This document shows, piece after piece, positions 26,365 to 35,666 of a stretch of DNA of 64,000 bases; position 1 is the first letter of the stretch; every line of letters begins with the position of its first letter. The stretch covers positions 21,712-85,711 of the forward strand of contig JAMCXX010000003.1 of NCBI GenBank assembly GCA_023474425.1. The letters are read 5' to 3'. This DNA is from Patescibacteria group bacterium. GTDB lineage: Bacteria; Patescibacteriota; WWE3; JAMCXX01. A model generated the notes under the pieces. It did no database searches and was not told the DNA's origin. It worked only from the letters and a program-made list of their open reading frames with translations. Made by a program: the position numbers and the translations under genes.

Positions 26365-27438
26365 ATGTATAAGAGAAGAAAAAGTAAAAGACAGAGCCGA
26401 GCCCCAAAACACACTAAAAATTCTTCTCTTTTTAACTTCATTAGAAAAAGACTAAAGATTTTACTTATCTCAGTTGGACTGGCGGCGGCCGTGGTTATTG
26501 TATTGGTCTCCGTCTACACTTACCAGCTTTTACAGTCGGGGCTGGCCCGGGCCGGAGCGGGAGATTACCCGGTGAGTCAAAATCTTAACGTTTCTAAAAA
26601 TTTTAACCTTCTAGTTTTTAAAGTTTCTTCATTTAAGAATCCTACTGCGTCCGTTGATTTTGCCGCCGTCCTAAATTTTCAGGTTAAGGGCGGCGCTCTA
26701 AATATATTGATTTTGCCTGCTTCCCAATTTTCCGCTGAATACGGTCTTTCCAATTTAGCCGCGGGTATGGGCCGCGCGCCCACTCTGCGAGCCTCGTTTT
26801 CAAAAGCCCTGGGTATGCCGATTGACGGCGCTGTCTATACCGATGATGGGGGTTTTAAAGAGATTAGCCGCTGGCTAAACCTTAATCCCGATTCTTTAGG
26901 GCAGGGAAAAAATGTATTAACCAACGCGTCATTGCTGGCGCGGCTTCTGGCTTCATTAGGAACCGGAGTTCGGACCGACCTCAGTTTGCCTTCGATTTTA
27001 AGTTTGGCCAAATTCCTTGAATTTGATTTTCCCGCCGTCGTCAGTTCTTACCAGGTTAGTGATGTTTTGGGAGATCCGGGACGTCTCGACCTTTTGCTCA
27101 AAAGTAATTTCTCCGACCCGCAGGTTCAAGCCGAGGGTTTGAGTGTTATTGTCCTTAACGGTACTTCAAAGGCCGGGCTGGCCGGGGATTATGGTCGCTT
27201 GGTTTCTAACCTGGGCTTAAATCTTTTGTCGGCCGATAACGCTCCAGGCGGACGTTTATACCAAAGCAGTTTTATGATTGTTCAAAGCCAGAATTACTAC
27301 TCGGTCCGACGCTTGGCGGAAATTTTTGGCATCGAGGATTTGCGGCGCGCCGCAGATTTAGCCTCCGACCCCGATTTTGGGCGCCTTTTGCGGGCGGATA
27401 TCGTTCTCGTCCTCGGCGCCGACCAGCTGAATAGGTGA
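26365..27438 (+). CDS. membrane-anchored LCP-like protein with LytR_C-type C-terminal domain (tentative)
   Basis: Basic N-terminus plus TM helix. C-terminal VIVLNGTSKAGLAGDYGRLVSNLGLNLLSADNA resembles LytR C-terminal domains. Central region only weakly LCP-like. Confidence 0.45.
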   Translation: MYKRRKSKRQSRAPKHTKNSSLFNFIRKRLKILLISVGLAAAVVIVLVSVYTYQLLQSGLARAGAGDYPVSQNLNVSKNFNLLVFKVSSFKNPTASVDFAAVLNFQVKGGALNILILPASQFSAEYGLSNLAAGMGRAPTLRASFSKALGMPIDGAVYTDDGGFKEISRWLNLNPDSLGQGKNVLTNASLLARLLASLGTGVRTDLSLPSILSLAKFLEFDFPAVVSSYQVSDVLGDPGRLDLLLKSNFSDPQVQAEGLSVIVLNGTSKAGLAGDYGRLVSNLGLNLLSADNAPGGRLYQSSFMIVQSQNYYSVRRLAEIFGIEDLRRAADLASDPDFGRLLRADIVLVLGADQLNR

Positions 27439-27550
27439 TTGGTTTTCCTCACCGGATTTGACAGCAACATTGTCTTGTGGTATAAAGTACACAGTCTCTC
27501 TCCTTTCTTCGCCCCTCGGCCAAAATTAGCCGGGGGGTTTTTGGTTGCAG

Positions 27551-27559
27551 TGGTATAAT
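27551..27559 (+). promoter_or_regulatory. extended -10 element TGGTATAAT upstream of the ATPase gene
   Basis: TGnTATAAT 22 nt upstream of the ATG at 27581, with AGAGGGAGAG as the likely SD. Confidence 0.4.
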
Positions 27560-27580
27560 ACTAAGAGAGGGAGAGCTTTT

Positions 27581-30130
27581 ATGATAGTTGCCCTTATTTT
27601 AGTTGTTCTTGTTGTCTCCGTTTGGCTGGCCGTCCGCGGTTATAAAAAGCCGTCGGGTTTCGGCAGTTCTTTTGAAAACATCGTTCTGCGTATTCGGGTG
27701 CCTAAAGAAAATGAAAAAGACGCCCTGGCCGCCGAGCAGATGTTTTCTTCGTTGCACGGACTTTTGCGGCTCACGCCGGAGTTCCAGGAGCACATCGGTT
27801 TTGAAATTACGGCGAGCAGCGCCGGCATTAACTTTTTTGCCGTCTGTCCCAAAGGGTTAAAAGATTTTGTGGAGAGCCAGGTTTATGCCCAGTACCCGAA
27901 CGCCGAGCTTACCGAAGTGCCTGACTACACAGTGGCAGGCGAGGATGCCGAGGCCGGGGTTTTCGCCCACAGCCTTTTGGTCCTTTCCAAGCCGTCGTTC
28001 TTTCCCATACGCACCTTCAAGGAATTTGAGGTTGACCCGCTCTCGGGCATTACCGGCGCCATTTCTAAGCTCCACGAAAAAGAACAGGTTTGGCTTCAGC
28101 TTTTAATCCGTCCCGTACCAGATGTCTGGCAGCAGGAAGGGCACGATTATGTGAATTTAGTGCGCAGCGGCGCAAGGGCGGTTAACATTGGCTTAAGCGA
28201 TTTAGGCGGCACCGTTTCCAAAGAGATTAAATCTCTGCCTTACCATTTTTTTAAGGCTATTTTAAGTCCGGGCACGCCGCACCCTCTGCCAGACAAAGCC
28301 GCACCGGTTCGTACCTCCTCCGGTGATGAGCTAGCAATAAAATCAATTGATTTAAAACTTTCTAAGTTGGGATTTGAAACTAATTTGCGGGTTTTAGTTC
28401 GGGGGGAGAGCCGTGAGCAGGCCGAGAACCGCTTGCGCGGCGTTTTGGCATCATTCAAACAATTTTCCACGGCCAATCTTAACAGTTTTATGCCGCTAGC
28501 AGCTGGGGAGGGGCCCAATGTTTTATCCGACTATTCGCGCCGGCTCTTTGACAATGTTAATTCGTACGTTTTGACCACCGAAGAGCTGGCCTCGGTTTTT
28601 CACCTGCCGTCGGTTTCGGTGGAAACGCCGGCCATTGCCTGGACGCCGGCAAAAAGGGCCGAGCCGCCTTCAAATCTGCCCACTCAAAATTGTACTTATT
28701 TGGGCAAGACCACTTTTCGCGAATCAATGATTAAATTCGGAATTAAAAGGGAAGATCGCACGCGCCATTTTTACGTGGTAGGCAAAACCGGTTCGGGCAA
28801 GACCACCGTTTTTAAAAATATGATTATTCAGGATATGCGAAACGGGGAGGGCTTATGCGTTTTGGACCCGCATGGGGATTTGATTGAGGAAATGCTCAAC
28901 TTTGTGCCGGAGCAAAGGCTTTCCGACGTGGTCATTCTTGACCCTTCCGATGTGGACCACCCGACAAGCCTTAACATGTTGGAAATCTCCGAACCGATGC
29001 AAAAGAATCTTATGGCCTCGGGCCTGGTGGACGCCTTTAAAAAACACTTTATTGATTCCTGGGGGCCGCGTCTGGAATATATTTTAAATAACTCTATTTT
29101 GACTTTGCTTGAGGTTCCGCGGACCACCCTCTTGGGCATTACCCGCCTTTTAACCGACGATAATTACCAGAAATATATTGTTTATAAAGTTAAAGACCCG
29201 GTAATTAAGGCTTTTTGGGAGAAGGAATTCCGCGAAATGAAGGGCAATCAAAAACTGATTACCGAAGCCATTGCCCCCATTCAGAACAAGGTCGGCCGGT
29301 TTTTATCGTCCTCAACCATCCGCAACATTGTTGGGCAGGCTAAGTCGACCATTGATCTGGAGGAAATCATGAACAGCGGAAAAATTCTATTTGTGAATCT
29401 GGCCAAGGGCAGAATTGGCGAGGATAACAGCAATCTTTTGGGTTCTCTGATTATTTCCCGGCTTCAATTTACGGCCATGCAGAGGGTCAAAGTACCCGAA
29501 GAAAAGCGCCGCGATTTTTATGTCTATGCCGACGAGTTCCAAAATTTTGCCTCCGGTTCATTTGCCAGTATTCTTTCCGAGGCGCGTAAATACAAACTTT
29601 GTCTTAATTTAACCCACCAGTACACGGCCCAACTGCCCAAACCGATGCTCGAAGCAATTTTTGGCAACGTGGGGACCATGATGGCTTTCGCCCTGGGCGC
29701 GCCCGACGCCAAGGCTCTGGCCCTGGAATTTGCTCCGTTTACGGAAAACGATTTAATTTCCCTGGAACGCCACCACGTTTATGTCAAACTTATGATTGAC
29801 AGCATGACCAGCGCGCCGTTTTCGGCGGTGACTCTGCCCGTACCGTCGGAGCTTTCCACCGGCAACCGCGATAAGGTGGTTGAACTTTCCCGCTCAAAGT
29901 ACGGCGTTGACCGAATGGTTGTGGAAGGGAAAATTAATCAGTGGGTTGAGCGGCAGTTCACGCTAGGACTGGCCAAAGCCGAAGAGATGAGAGAGCCGGG
30001 GAGTCCTTCGGTAGAAATTCCGGAAGATCCCGCGGGTAGTCACTCCACGGACATACCGGAAGGAGGAAATTCGCAAAACAGTCAGAGTCGTCTGGAGAGC
30101 GAAGAAAAAGGAGGTGCTTCTTATGGATAA
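27581..30130 (+). CDS. membrane-anchored VirD4/TraD-like (type IV coupling protein family) P-loop ATPase
   Basis: N-terminal TM helix. Walker A VVGKTGSGKTT. DPHGDL. Walker B-like FYVYADEFQNF. RKYKLCLNLTHQYTAQL. Start moved to the ATG at 27581. Confidence 0.7.
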   Translation: MIVALILVVLVVSVWLAVRGYKKPSGFGSSFENIVLRIRVPKENEKDALAAEQMFSSLHGLLRLTPEFQEHIGFEITASSAGINFFAVCPKGLKDFVESQVYAQYPNAELTEVPDYTVAGEDAEAGVFAHSLLVLSKPSFFPIRTFKEFEVDPLSGITGAISKLHEKEQVWLQLLIRPVPDVWQQEGHDYVNLVRSGARAVNIGLSDLGGTVSKEIKSLPYHFFKAILSPGTPHPLPDKAAPVRTSSGDELAIKSIDLKLSKLGFETNLRVLVRGESREQAENRLRGVLASFKQFSTANLNSFMPLAAGEGPNVLSDYSRRLFDNVNSYVLTTEELASVFHLPSVSVETPAIAWTPAKRAEPPSNLPTQNCTYLGKTTFRESMIKFGIKREDRTRHFYVVGKTGSGKTTVFKNMIIQDMRNGEGLCVLDPHGDLIEEMLNFVPEQRLSDVVILDPSDVDHPTSLNMLEISEPMQKNLMASGLVDAFKKHFIDSWGPRLEYILNNSILTLLEVPRTTLLGITRLLTDDNYQKYIVYKVKDPVIKAFWEKEFREMKGNQKLITEAIAPIQNKVGRFLSSSTIRNIVGQAKSTIDLEEIMNSGKILFVNLAKGRIGEDNSNLLGSLIISRLQFTAMQRVKVPEEKRRDFYVYADEFQNFASGSFASILSEARKYKLCLNLTHQYTAQLPKPMLEAIFGNVGTMMAFALGAPDAKALALEFAPFTENDLISLERHHVYVKLMIDSMTSAPFSAVTLPVPSELSTGNRDKVVELSRSKYGVDRMVVEGKINQWVERQFTLGLAKAEEMREPGSPSVEIPEDPAGSHSTDIPEGGNSQNSQSRLESEEKGGASYG

Positions 30131-30908
30131 CGATTTAAAGCAAAAGATAAGGCTTATTACCCAATCTCTCGCGGCCGCCCAGGCAAGTTTAGAACTGGCC
30201 CGGGGTTTTCTTGCCGAAATTTCGGGTGAGCCGCTTCTGCCGCCGGCCAAGAAACAAACGGCCGTAAATAAGCCGGTTAATGCCGATTTGCCGGGTGTTA
30301 TAGGCACCTTTGATGGCGAGAATATGGTTGCCGCCGACGGGAAGAAATACGCCGTGCCGGTTAATTACGCCTCCAAAAGCGGTTTGGTTTTTGGCGATAA
30401 ACTCAAAATGACAGAGGCGGAGGGAGGTAAAATCTTTAAACAGATTGAACGAGTCAAACGCCAGCGGGTCTCGGGCATTTTAAGCCGTAAGACGGGTCAG
30501 TGGTTCTTGGCGACTTCCGACGGTTCCCACAAGGTTTTGGAAGTGGCCGTCAACTATTTTAAATACGGCGAGGGCCAGGAGGTTTTCGGGCTTTTGCCGC
30601 GTGAAAATCTTAAAGCGCCGTTTGCCGCTCTGGAACCGCCGTTGACTAAATTCGAAAGCGGGACGGTTAAAGGACAGGCGGCAACGGCGGATACGGTCGA
30701 AGTCAAGAAGGCCGCGGCCGCGGAACCAAAAGTCACAGAGAAAGTTAAGGCGAAAATAAAGCCGGTCCGCAGTGTCAAGACGGAATCGAAAGAGTTGAAG
30801 TCGATGAAAGTTGGGAAGGAACCCGATAACGATTTGGTTAAAACGAAGACGGAGAAAGAAGAGACAAAAACCTCAAGTCCGGCGATTGGTGATGAGGACT
30901 TAAGATAA
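30123..30908 (+). CDS. hypothetical protein, translationally coupled to the ATPase gene
   Basis: ATG at 30123 preceded by GGAGGT. Overlaps the ATPase stop by 8 nt. Lys/Glu-rich tail. No motif recognised. Confidence 0.55.
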   Translation: MDNDLKQKIRLITQSLAAAQASLELARGFLAEISGEPLLPPAKKQTAVNKPVNADLPGVIGTFDGENMVAADGKKYAVPVNYASKSGLVFGDKLKMTEAEGGKIFKQIERVKRQRVSGILSRKTGQWFLATSDGSHKVLEVAVNYFKYGEGQEVFGLLPRENLKAPFAALEPPLTKFESGTVKGQAATADTVEVKKAAAAEPKVTEKVKAKIKPVRSVKTESKELKSMKVGKEPDNDLVKTKTEKEETKTSSPAIGDEDLR

Positions 30909-31445
30909 TTCTTCTTCGCTATCTCCTTCCAGAACGCGCAGGCCAAAGAGGGGATTGGTTTCTTCTTCGGGGAGATTCTCTTCTTTATCACTTTCGGCAG
31001 CTTCGTCTCCGCCGTCTGCTGGTTGTTCGCCGTCTTCGGCGGAAAATTCGCTGCTGCGAAGAAACGGTTTAAGGTCAAGTCCCATTGGCTCATCGGCAAA
31101 GACGGGCAGCGAGGCTTTAAGCAGGAAAGCTGCCTGCCAGCCCATCTTGTCACGACCTCCTTGTTTGGCTTGTTTGGGGGCTTTAATTAGACTTACAAAA
31201 ATGGCCAAAACTTCGGCCTTTTGCGAAATAACGTATTTTATTTTTTGCGAAAGCCTGGCGTCTGCAACCTCTCCCACCAGAGCCTTACCGCTATATAAAC
31301 GAACCTTACCGTTCTCGGATTTTACCTGAAGCAGGTTGCCCCGCTTAAGGTTTTTGACTTCACGGCTTAAATTCTCGCCCAGAAGAATTAAATTTTTGGT
31401 GCGTCCGGGTTCCTTTATAAAAAGAGAGGTAGAAATATTGGGCAT
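30900..31445 (-). CDS. hypothetical protein
   Basis: ORF convergent with the previous gene (9-nt overlap). Start ambiguous (ATG 31445 or TTG 31481). Acidic C-terminus. Confidence 0.45.
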   Translation of the reverse strand: MPNISTSLFIKEPGRTKNLILLGENLSREVKNLKRGNLLQVKSENGKVRLYSGKALVGEVADARLSQKIKYVISQKAEVLAIFVSLIKAPKQAKQGGRDKMGWQAAFLLKASLPVFADEPMGLDLKPFLRSSEFSAEDGEQPADGGDEAAESDKEENLPEEETNPLFGLRVLEGDSEEELS

Positions 31446-31633
31446 AGGAAAAAGATTAAAATTCGTTACGCCCGCTGTCAAGAGGGATTAAGTCGGTTGT
31501 CAGAAAGCAGTCTTTAGATTTAAAATTAAGCGGGGATTTTTCTTCGTCGGGAGAGACCCGTTCCTTTTCGGGTCTTTCTATATGTGTTAATCTGTAAAGT
31601 AAATCTGCTTGCGCAGGCAGGTCTTATGGTTTT

Positions 31634-32206
31634 ATGAGCGGACATTCCAAATGGGCCAATATTAAAAGAACTAAAGGAGTTAACGACGTTAAACGAGCGC
31701 AGATTTTTACCAAGCTGGCTCGGGCTGTTACTATGGCTGCGCGCAAAGCCGGCGGCGACCCGAACTCCAATCCTTTTTTGCGTAAAGCCGTGGACGACGC
31801 CCGGGCCCAAAACATGCCCAAGGATAACATTGAGCGGGCTATCGCTAAGGGCACTGGTAGTGGAGAGGGAATGCTTTTAGAAGAGCTGACTTTGGAGGGT
31901 TACGGCCCATCCGGCGTGGCCTTTTTAATCGAAGCCGTAACCGATAATCGCAACCGAACCTTAAGTGAGGTGCGCGGCGTTTTTTCCCGCTCGGGCGGCA
32001 ACCTTGGTCAGCCCGGTAGCGCTGCCTACATTTTTGGCGCCGACCCGGCAAACCCTTCATTTACGGTTCCCTTGTCCGACGAAAACGAAGCCCGCAGAGT
32101 TTTAGCCATGTCCGAAGCCCTAGAAGATTTAGACGACGTGCATAAAGTCTTTGCCAATTTTGACATCGAAGAGTCGATTTTAAACAAACTGGCCGGTGAA
32201 AATTAA
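31634..32206 (+). CDS. yebC: YebC/PmpR-family protein, short form
   Basis: MSGHSKWANIKRTKG...KRAQIFTKLAR...DNRNRT motifs. 190 aa versus about 240 aa usual. Confidence 0.9.
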   Translation: MSGHSKWANIKRTKGVNDVKRAQIFTKLARAVTMAARKAGGDPNSNPFLRKAVDDARAQNMPKDNIERAIAKGTGSGEGMLLEELTLEGYGPSGVAFLIEAVTDNRNRTLSEVRGVFSRSGGNLGQPGSAAYIFGADPANPSFTVPLSDENEARRVLAMSEALEDLDDVHKVFANFDIEESILNKLAGEN

Positions 32207-32965
32207 ATGTCCAAGCGTAACCGTTTCCTTCTCTTTACCATTGTTCTCACTTTTCTTTTGACCTTGGTTCCGATAGCGCCAAAGGTTTGGCAGTTTCCGG
32301 CCGTCATAGCACTTGCCGTAACGGCTGTCTTATTTGCTCTTTTAAATCTATTCGAGTTTTTGGAGGGCATTGAGTTTTTCACGCTTTTAGCCATGGCCGG
32401 TCTTTTGACTCTGGGAATGGGTGCCACCTTACTCCATTTTCCCAACTTTAGTCTCGCATTTAGGATTGTTTTTTACGGTATTTTCTTTGTTCTCTATTAC
32501 ACAACCATTTTATCGATGAATATTTTTAATGTGGCCAACGAGCAGCCGATCCCGCTTTTGCGGGCGGCCTACACGGCGGCTTTTTTGGTCACGGTTTTTT
32601 GCACCCTGCCGCTTTTTACCGTTCTTTACAAATTTTATTGGGGTCTTCTCTGGGACAGTCTAGTAATCTTTGCCGTCGCTTTTATTTTAAGTTTTCAGTC
32701 TCTCTGGACGGTTTTTTTGCCGCGCGAGGAAAATCGGATGGTTTTTGTAAGCTCCCTGATTGTGGCTTTAATTCTTACCGAAACATCTATTGTTTTCTCC
32801 TTTTTTCCTCTGGAAACTTTTTTTCGTTCGCTTACCCTTTCGGCCTTTTTTTATATTTATTTGGGATTTGCCCACCAGCATCTTAAAAAAACTTTGACCC
32901 TACGCAATGTGGCGGAGTATTTTTTAGTGGGAATTCTCGTTGTACTGGGTGTTTTCCTCTACTAG
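32207..32965 (+). CDS. hypothetical polytopic membrane protein
   Basis: 252 aa, about 8 TM helices. Start abuts the yebC stop. Confidence 0.6.
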   Translation: MSKRNRFLLFTIVLTFLLTLVPIAPKVWQFPAVIALAVTAVLFALLNLFEFLEGIEFFTLLAMAGLLTLGMGATLLHFPNFSLAFRIVFYGIFFVLYYTTILSMNIFNVANEQPIPLLRAAYTAAFLVTVFCTLPLFTVLYKFYWGLLWDSLVIFAVAFILSFQSLWTVFLPREENRMVFVSSLIVALILTETSIVFSFFPLETFFRSLTLSAFFYIYLGFAHQHLKKTLTLRNVAEYFLVGILVVLGVFLY

Positions 32966-33088
32966 TTTTTTTCGTTTGAGCATTTTCGTAGTGCGGCCGT
33001 GGAGCATTTTTGTACACCATATTAGGCACTATAGTTTGATATCGGGACGGATTCCATTTATAGTCGTCGCGATACCAAATGTAAAACT

Positions 33089-33118
33089 CCGGAGTCGCAA
33101 GATTTCGGGGCTTTTTTT
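33089..33118 (+). terminator. intrinsic terminator
   Basis: Stem CCGGAGTC/GATTTCGG with GCAA tetraloop, then GGC and T7. Confidence 0.7.
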
Positions 33119-33177
33119 GTTTCCCAGATAATTTTAAGGTGTAACTTGCATTATTTTTACATTAAGATTTAAGAGTC

Positions 33178-34143
33178 ATGAACCATCGGCGCCGTAAGTC
33201 TTTTTCAAAAGCCTTTGTTATCTTTTTTATTTTATTGATTTCCTTTCTTATCGTTTGGTCGCGCCAAAAGAGGTTTAATGCAACGAATACTGTTGTGAAT
33301 TCGTCGCCAAAGAACGAATCAGTAGCGGTGCCGCAATCATTAATGTCCTTTCCTTCAAAACCACCTTCGTCCCCGCCGGAGGGCCAATCGTTAGACGAAG
33401 TTATGAATCAGGCTTTAGAGGGCGCCGACGGCACCTATGGTCTTGCTGTTGAAAACCTAAAAACCGGTGAGACTTTCTACCGCAACGAGCATACCGCCTT
33501 TGAGGTCGGTAGCTTGTACAAGCTTTGGGTTATGGCTGTGGTTTATCAAAAGATTGACTCAGGAATTTTAAGCGAAAGCCAGATTTTAAGCCAGGATATC
33601 GCCACTCTCAACCAGGAGTTTTGGATCGATCCCGGATTTGCCGAACAAACCGAGGGCAGTATTAGCGTTTCCGTTGATGATGCGCTAACTCAAATGATTA
33701 CCGTTTCCGCTAACTATCCGGCTTTGCTTTTGTCCGAAAAAATAGGCCTTTCTTCGGTGGCGCAATTTCTTAACGACTACGGCTTTAGGGAGTCGGCCGT
33801 GGGAATTACCGGAGGGCCGCCAACCACGACGGCCGCAGACATCGCCTTATTTTTTAAAAAGTTGTACCGAGGGGAGCTTTCGAGCGAAAGTTCTGGTAGC
33901 AAAATGATTGCCCTTCTTAAAAAAAAAGAACTCAACGACGGCCTGCCAAAGTATCTGCCGGATCCCTCTCAGGTTGCCAATAAAACCGGCGATATAGACC
34001 TATTTATGAATGACGGCGGTATTGTGTACGCGCCCAAGGGCGACTACATTATTGTTATTTTATCACAGACTGATTATCCGACATTGGCCGAAGAAAGAAT
34101 TGCCCAAATTTCCAAAAGTGTTTACGAATATTTTACCGATTAA
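33178..34143 (+). CDS. class A beta-lactamase-like serine hydrolase
   Basis: TM anchor. S-x-x-K (GSLYKLW). SAN in place of SDN. KTG (NKTGD). Confidence 0.7.
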   Translation: MNHRRRKSFSKAFVIFFILLISFLIVWSRQKRFNATNTVVNSSPKNESVAVPQSLMSFPSKPPSSPPEGQSLDEVMNQALEGADGTYGLAVENLKTGETFYRNEHTAFEVGSLYKLWVMAVVYQKIDSGILSESQILSQDIATLNQEFWIDPGFAEQTEGSISVSVDDALTQMITVSANYPALLLSEKIGLSSVAQFLNDYGFRESAVGITGGPPTTTAADIALFFKKLYRGELSSESSGSKMIALLKKKELNDGLPKYLPDPSQVANKTGDIDLFMNDGGIVYAPKGDYIIVILSQTDYPTLAEERIAQISKSVYEYFTD

Positions 34144-34660
34144 TTTTTTGATGCTGGAACAGGGAAGAGGGGAGTATGATTAACAAAAAAAAGTTCGATA
34201 CCCCATAACTAATAATATCACCCTGTAGTATAAATTAGATAATTTATCATTTAAACTTTTTGATTGATAACACCGATGTCAAAACTATAAGATCTAATAT
34301 AATACAAAAAGTTAACTATTCATTGATATACCGGGTTTATTAATCTGATTGTGTTTTTGTGGATAACCTTCCAATTGGCGGGTTTTTGGCGTAACAGCGG
34401 CCTTTCCTCGTCTTAAAGATTTAGACCACAAAAAAGGGGCTTCCAGGATGCTTCAGAAATCGTTTTTATGGTTTGGGTGACCGTTTGCCCGTCTAGAGAT
34501 TTTACAATTAGGCCCGATTTATATTTTGGGCGGCGGGCGGGAAAGTTTTTTACTTAAGTGTATTAAAGCTTAACGTAAAGGGTTTTCTACCCGACTGAAG
34601 ATCCTTTTAAAAACTTGGATTTTCAAATAAAGGTCCGGAGTGGCTAAAATTCCCGCAGGC

Positions 34661-34690
34661 TTGACTTCCAGCTTAATAACTTCGTATAAT
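34661..34690 (+). promoter_or_regulatory. sigma70-like promoter TTGACT-18 nt-TATAAT upstream of the recombinase gene
   Basis: TTGACT 34661-34666 and TATAAT 34685-34690. The gene starts at 34739. Confidence 0.5.
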
Positions 34691-34709
34691 CTACATTGTG
34701 CGAAGTATG
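34676..34709. other. lox/dif-like candidate recombination site (13-8-13 layout)
   Basis: ATAACTTCGTATA-ATCTACAT-TGTGCGAAGTATG. Inverted core ACTTCG/CGAAGT. Lies 30 nt upstream of the tyrosine recombinase start. Confidence 0.35.
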
Positions 34710-34738
34710 GTAAAATGGGACTGTAACTACTCCCCGCT

Positions 34739-35656
34739 ATGTTTAAGGACTTAATTTTAAAATATTTGGAATATTTGGAATTGGAAAAAAACAAATCGGT
34801 TAAGACGATTGCTAACTACTCTTTTTACTTAAACCGTTTCTTAAATTTCGGACAATTCCAAAAAATTGAAGATGTGACTCCCCTTTCCATTCGCCGGTTT
34901 AAACTTTATTTAAACCGCTACCTAACTCGCGACAAACGCCCCCTAAAAAAGGTAACGATTAATTATCACCTAATTGCTATCCGCAACTTTCTTAAGTACT
35001 GCTTGAGAGTTGAGGACCTACCGGCAATGGCTTCGGATAAAGTGGAACTTTTGGACAAGGACGAGAGGGCAATAAGAACCCTTAACGAAGCCGATCTGGA
35101 ACGGCTTTTAGCTTCGCCGAGTCTTACGTCCAAATTTGGACGGCGGGACCGGGCTATTCTTGAACTTTTATTTTCTTCGGGTCTTAGGGTTTCGGAGTTA
35201 ACCAGCCTTAATCGTGACCAGATTAATCTTAAGACCAGGGAATTTTCAATCCGGGGTAAAGGGGGTTATATTCGCGTCGCTTTTATTTCGGAGAAAGCTG
35301 CCTGGGCCTTAAAGATGTATTTGGCCAAGCGCGACGACGCTTTTCGTCCCTTGTTTATTCGCTACGGCGGAAAAACGGCGGATCCGAGCAGTCTTGGCGA
35401 GGATCTACGCTTGAGTGATAGAAGCGTCGAAAATATAGTTAAAAAGTACTCTACAGTTGCCGGGATTATGAGCAACCCCACACCCCACACCCTCCGCCAT
35501 TCTTTCGCCACCGATTTACTTTCGGCGGGGGCTGATTTGCGTTCGGTACAGGAGCTTTTGGGGCATAAGAACGTGGCCACGACGCAAATTTATACCCATG
35601 TTACCAACCCCCAACTTAAAGCCGTTCACAAGAAGTTTCATCGGGGTAATCGTTAG
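34739..35656 (+). CDS. tyrosine recombinase, XerC/XerD family
   Basis: N-terminal SAM-like core-binding domain (YLEYLELEKNKSVKTIANY). Catalytic RxxxxxxG..LRVSEL, HTLRHSFAT and LLGHKNVATTQIYTHV. Confidence 0.9.
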   Translation: MFKDLILKYLEYLELEKNKSVKTIANYSFYLNRFLNFGQFQKIEDVTPLSIRRFKLYLNRYLTRDKRPLKKVTINYHLIAIRNFLKYCLRVEDLPAMASDKVELLDKDERAIRTLNEADLERLLASPSLTSKFGRRDRAILELLFSSGLRVSELTSLNRDQINLKTREFSIRGKGGYIRVAFISEKAAWALKMYLAKRDDAFRPLFIRYGGKTADPSSLGEDLRLSDRSVENIVKKYSTVAGIMSNPTPHTLRHSFATDLLSAGADLRSVQELLGHKNVATTQIYTHVTNPQLKAVHKKFHRGNR

Positions 35657-35666
35657 GGCTTGGTAT

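Noticed and set aside
30554-31153. 199-aa minus-strand ORF overlapping the ends of two convergent genes.
   Set aside because: It overlaps the better-supported 30123-30908 and 30900-31445 ORFs, has no SD and has a low-complexity translation.
32966-33118. Candidate small RNA between the 32207 membrane-protein gene and the terminator at 33089-33118.
   Set aside because: No promoter or conserved structure was recognisable. It is most simply the 3' UTR of the upstream gene ending at a good intrinsic terminator.
34358-34366. Perfect DnaA box (TGTGGATAA) suggesting oriC.
   Set aside because: A single 9-mer is expected by chance about once per 250 kb of double-stranded sequence. No cluster of boxes, no dnaA/dnaN nearby and no obvious DUE were recognised. 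It is kept only as a note inside the long-gap finding.
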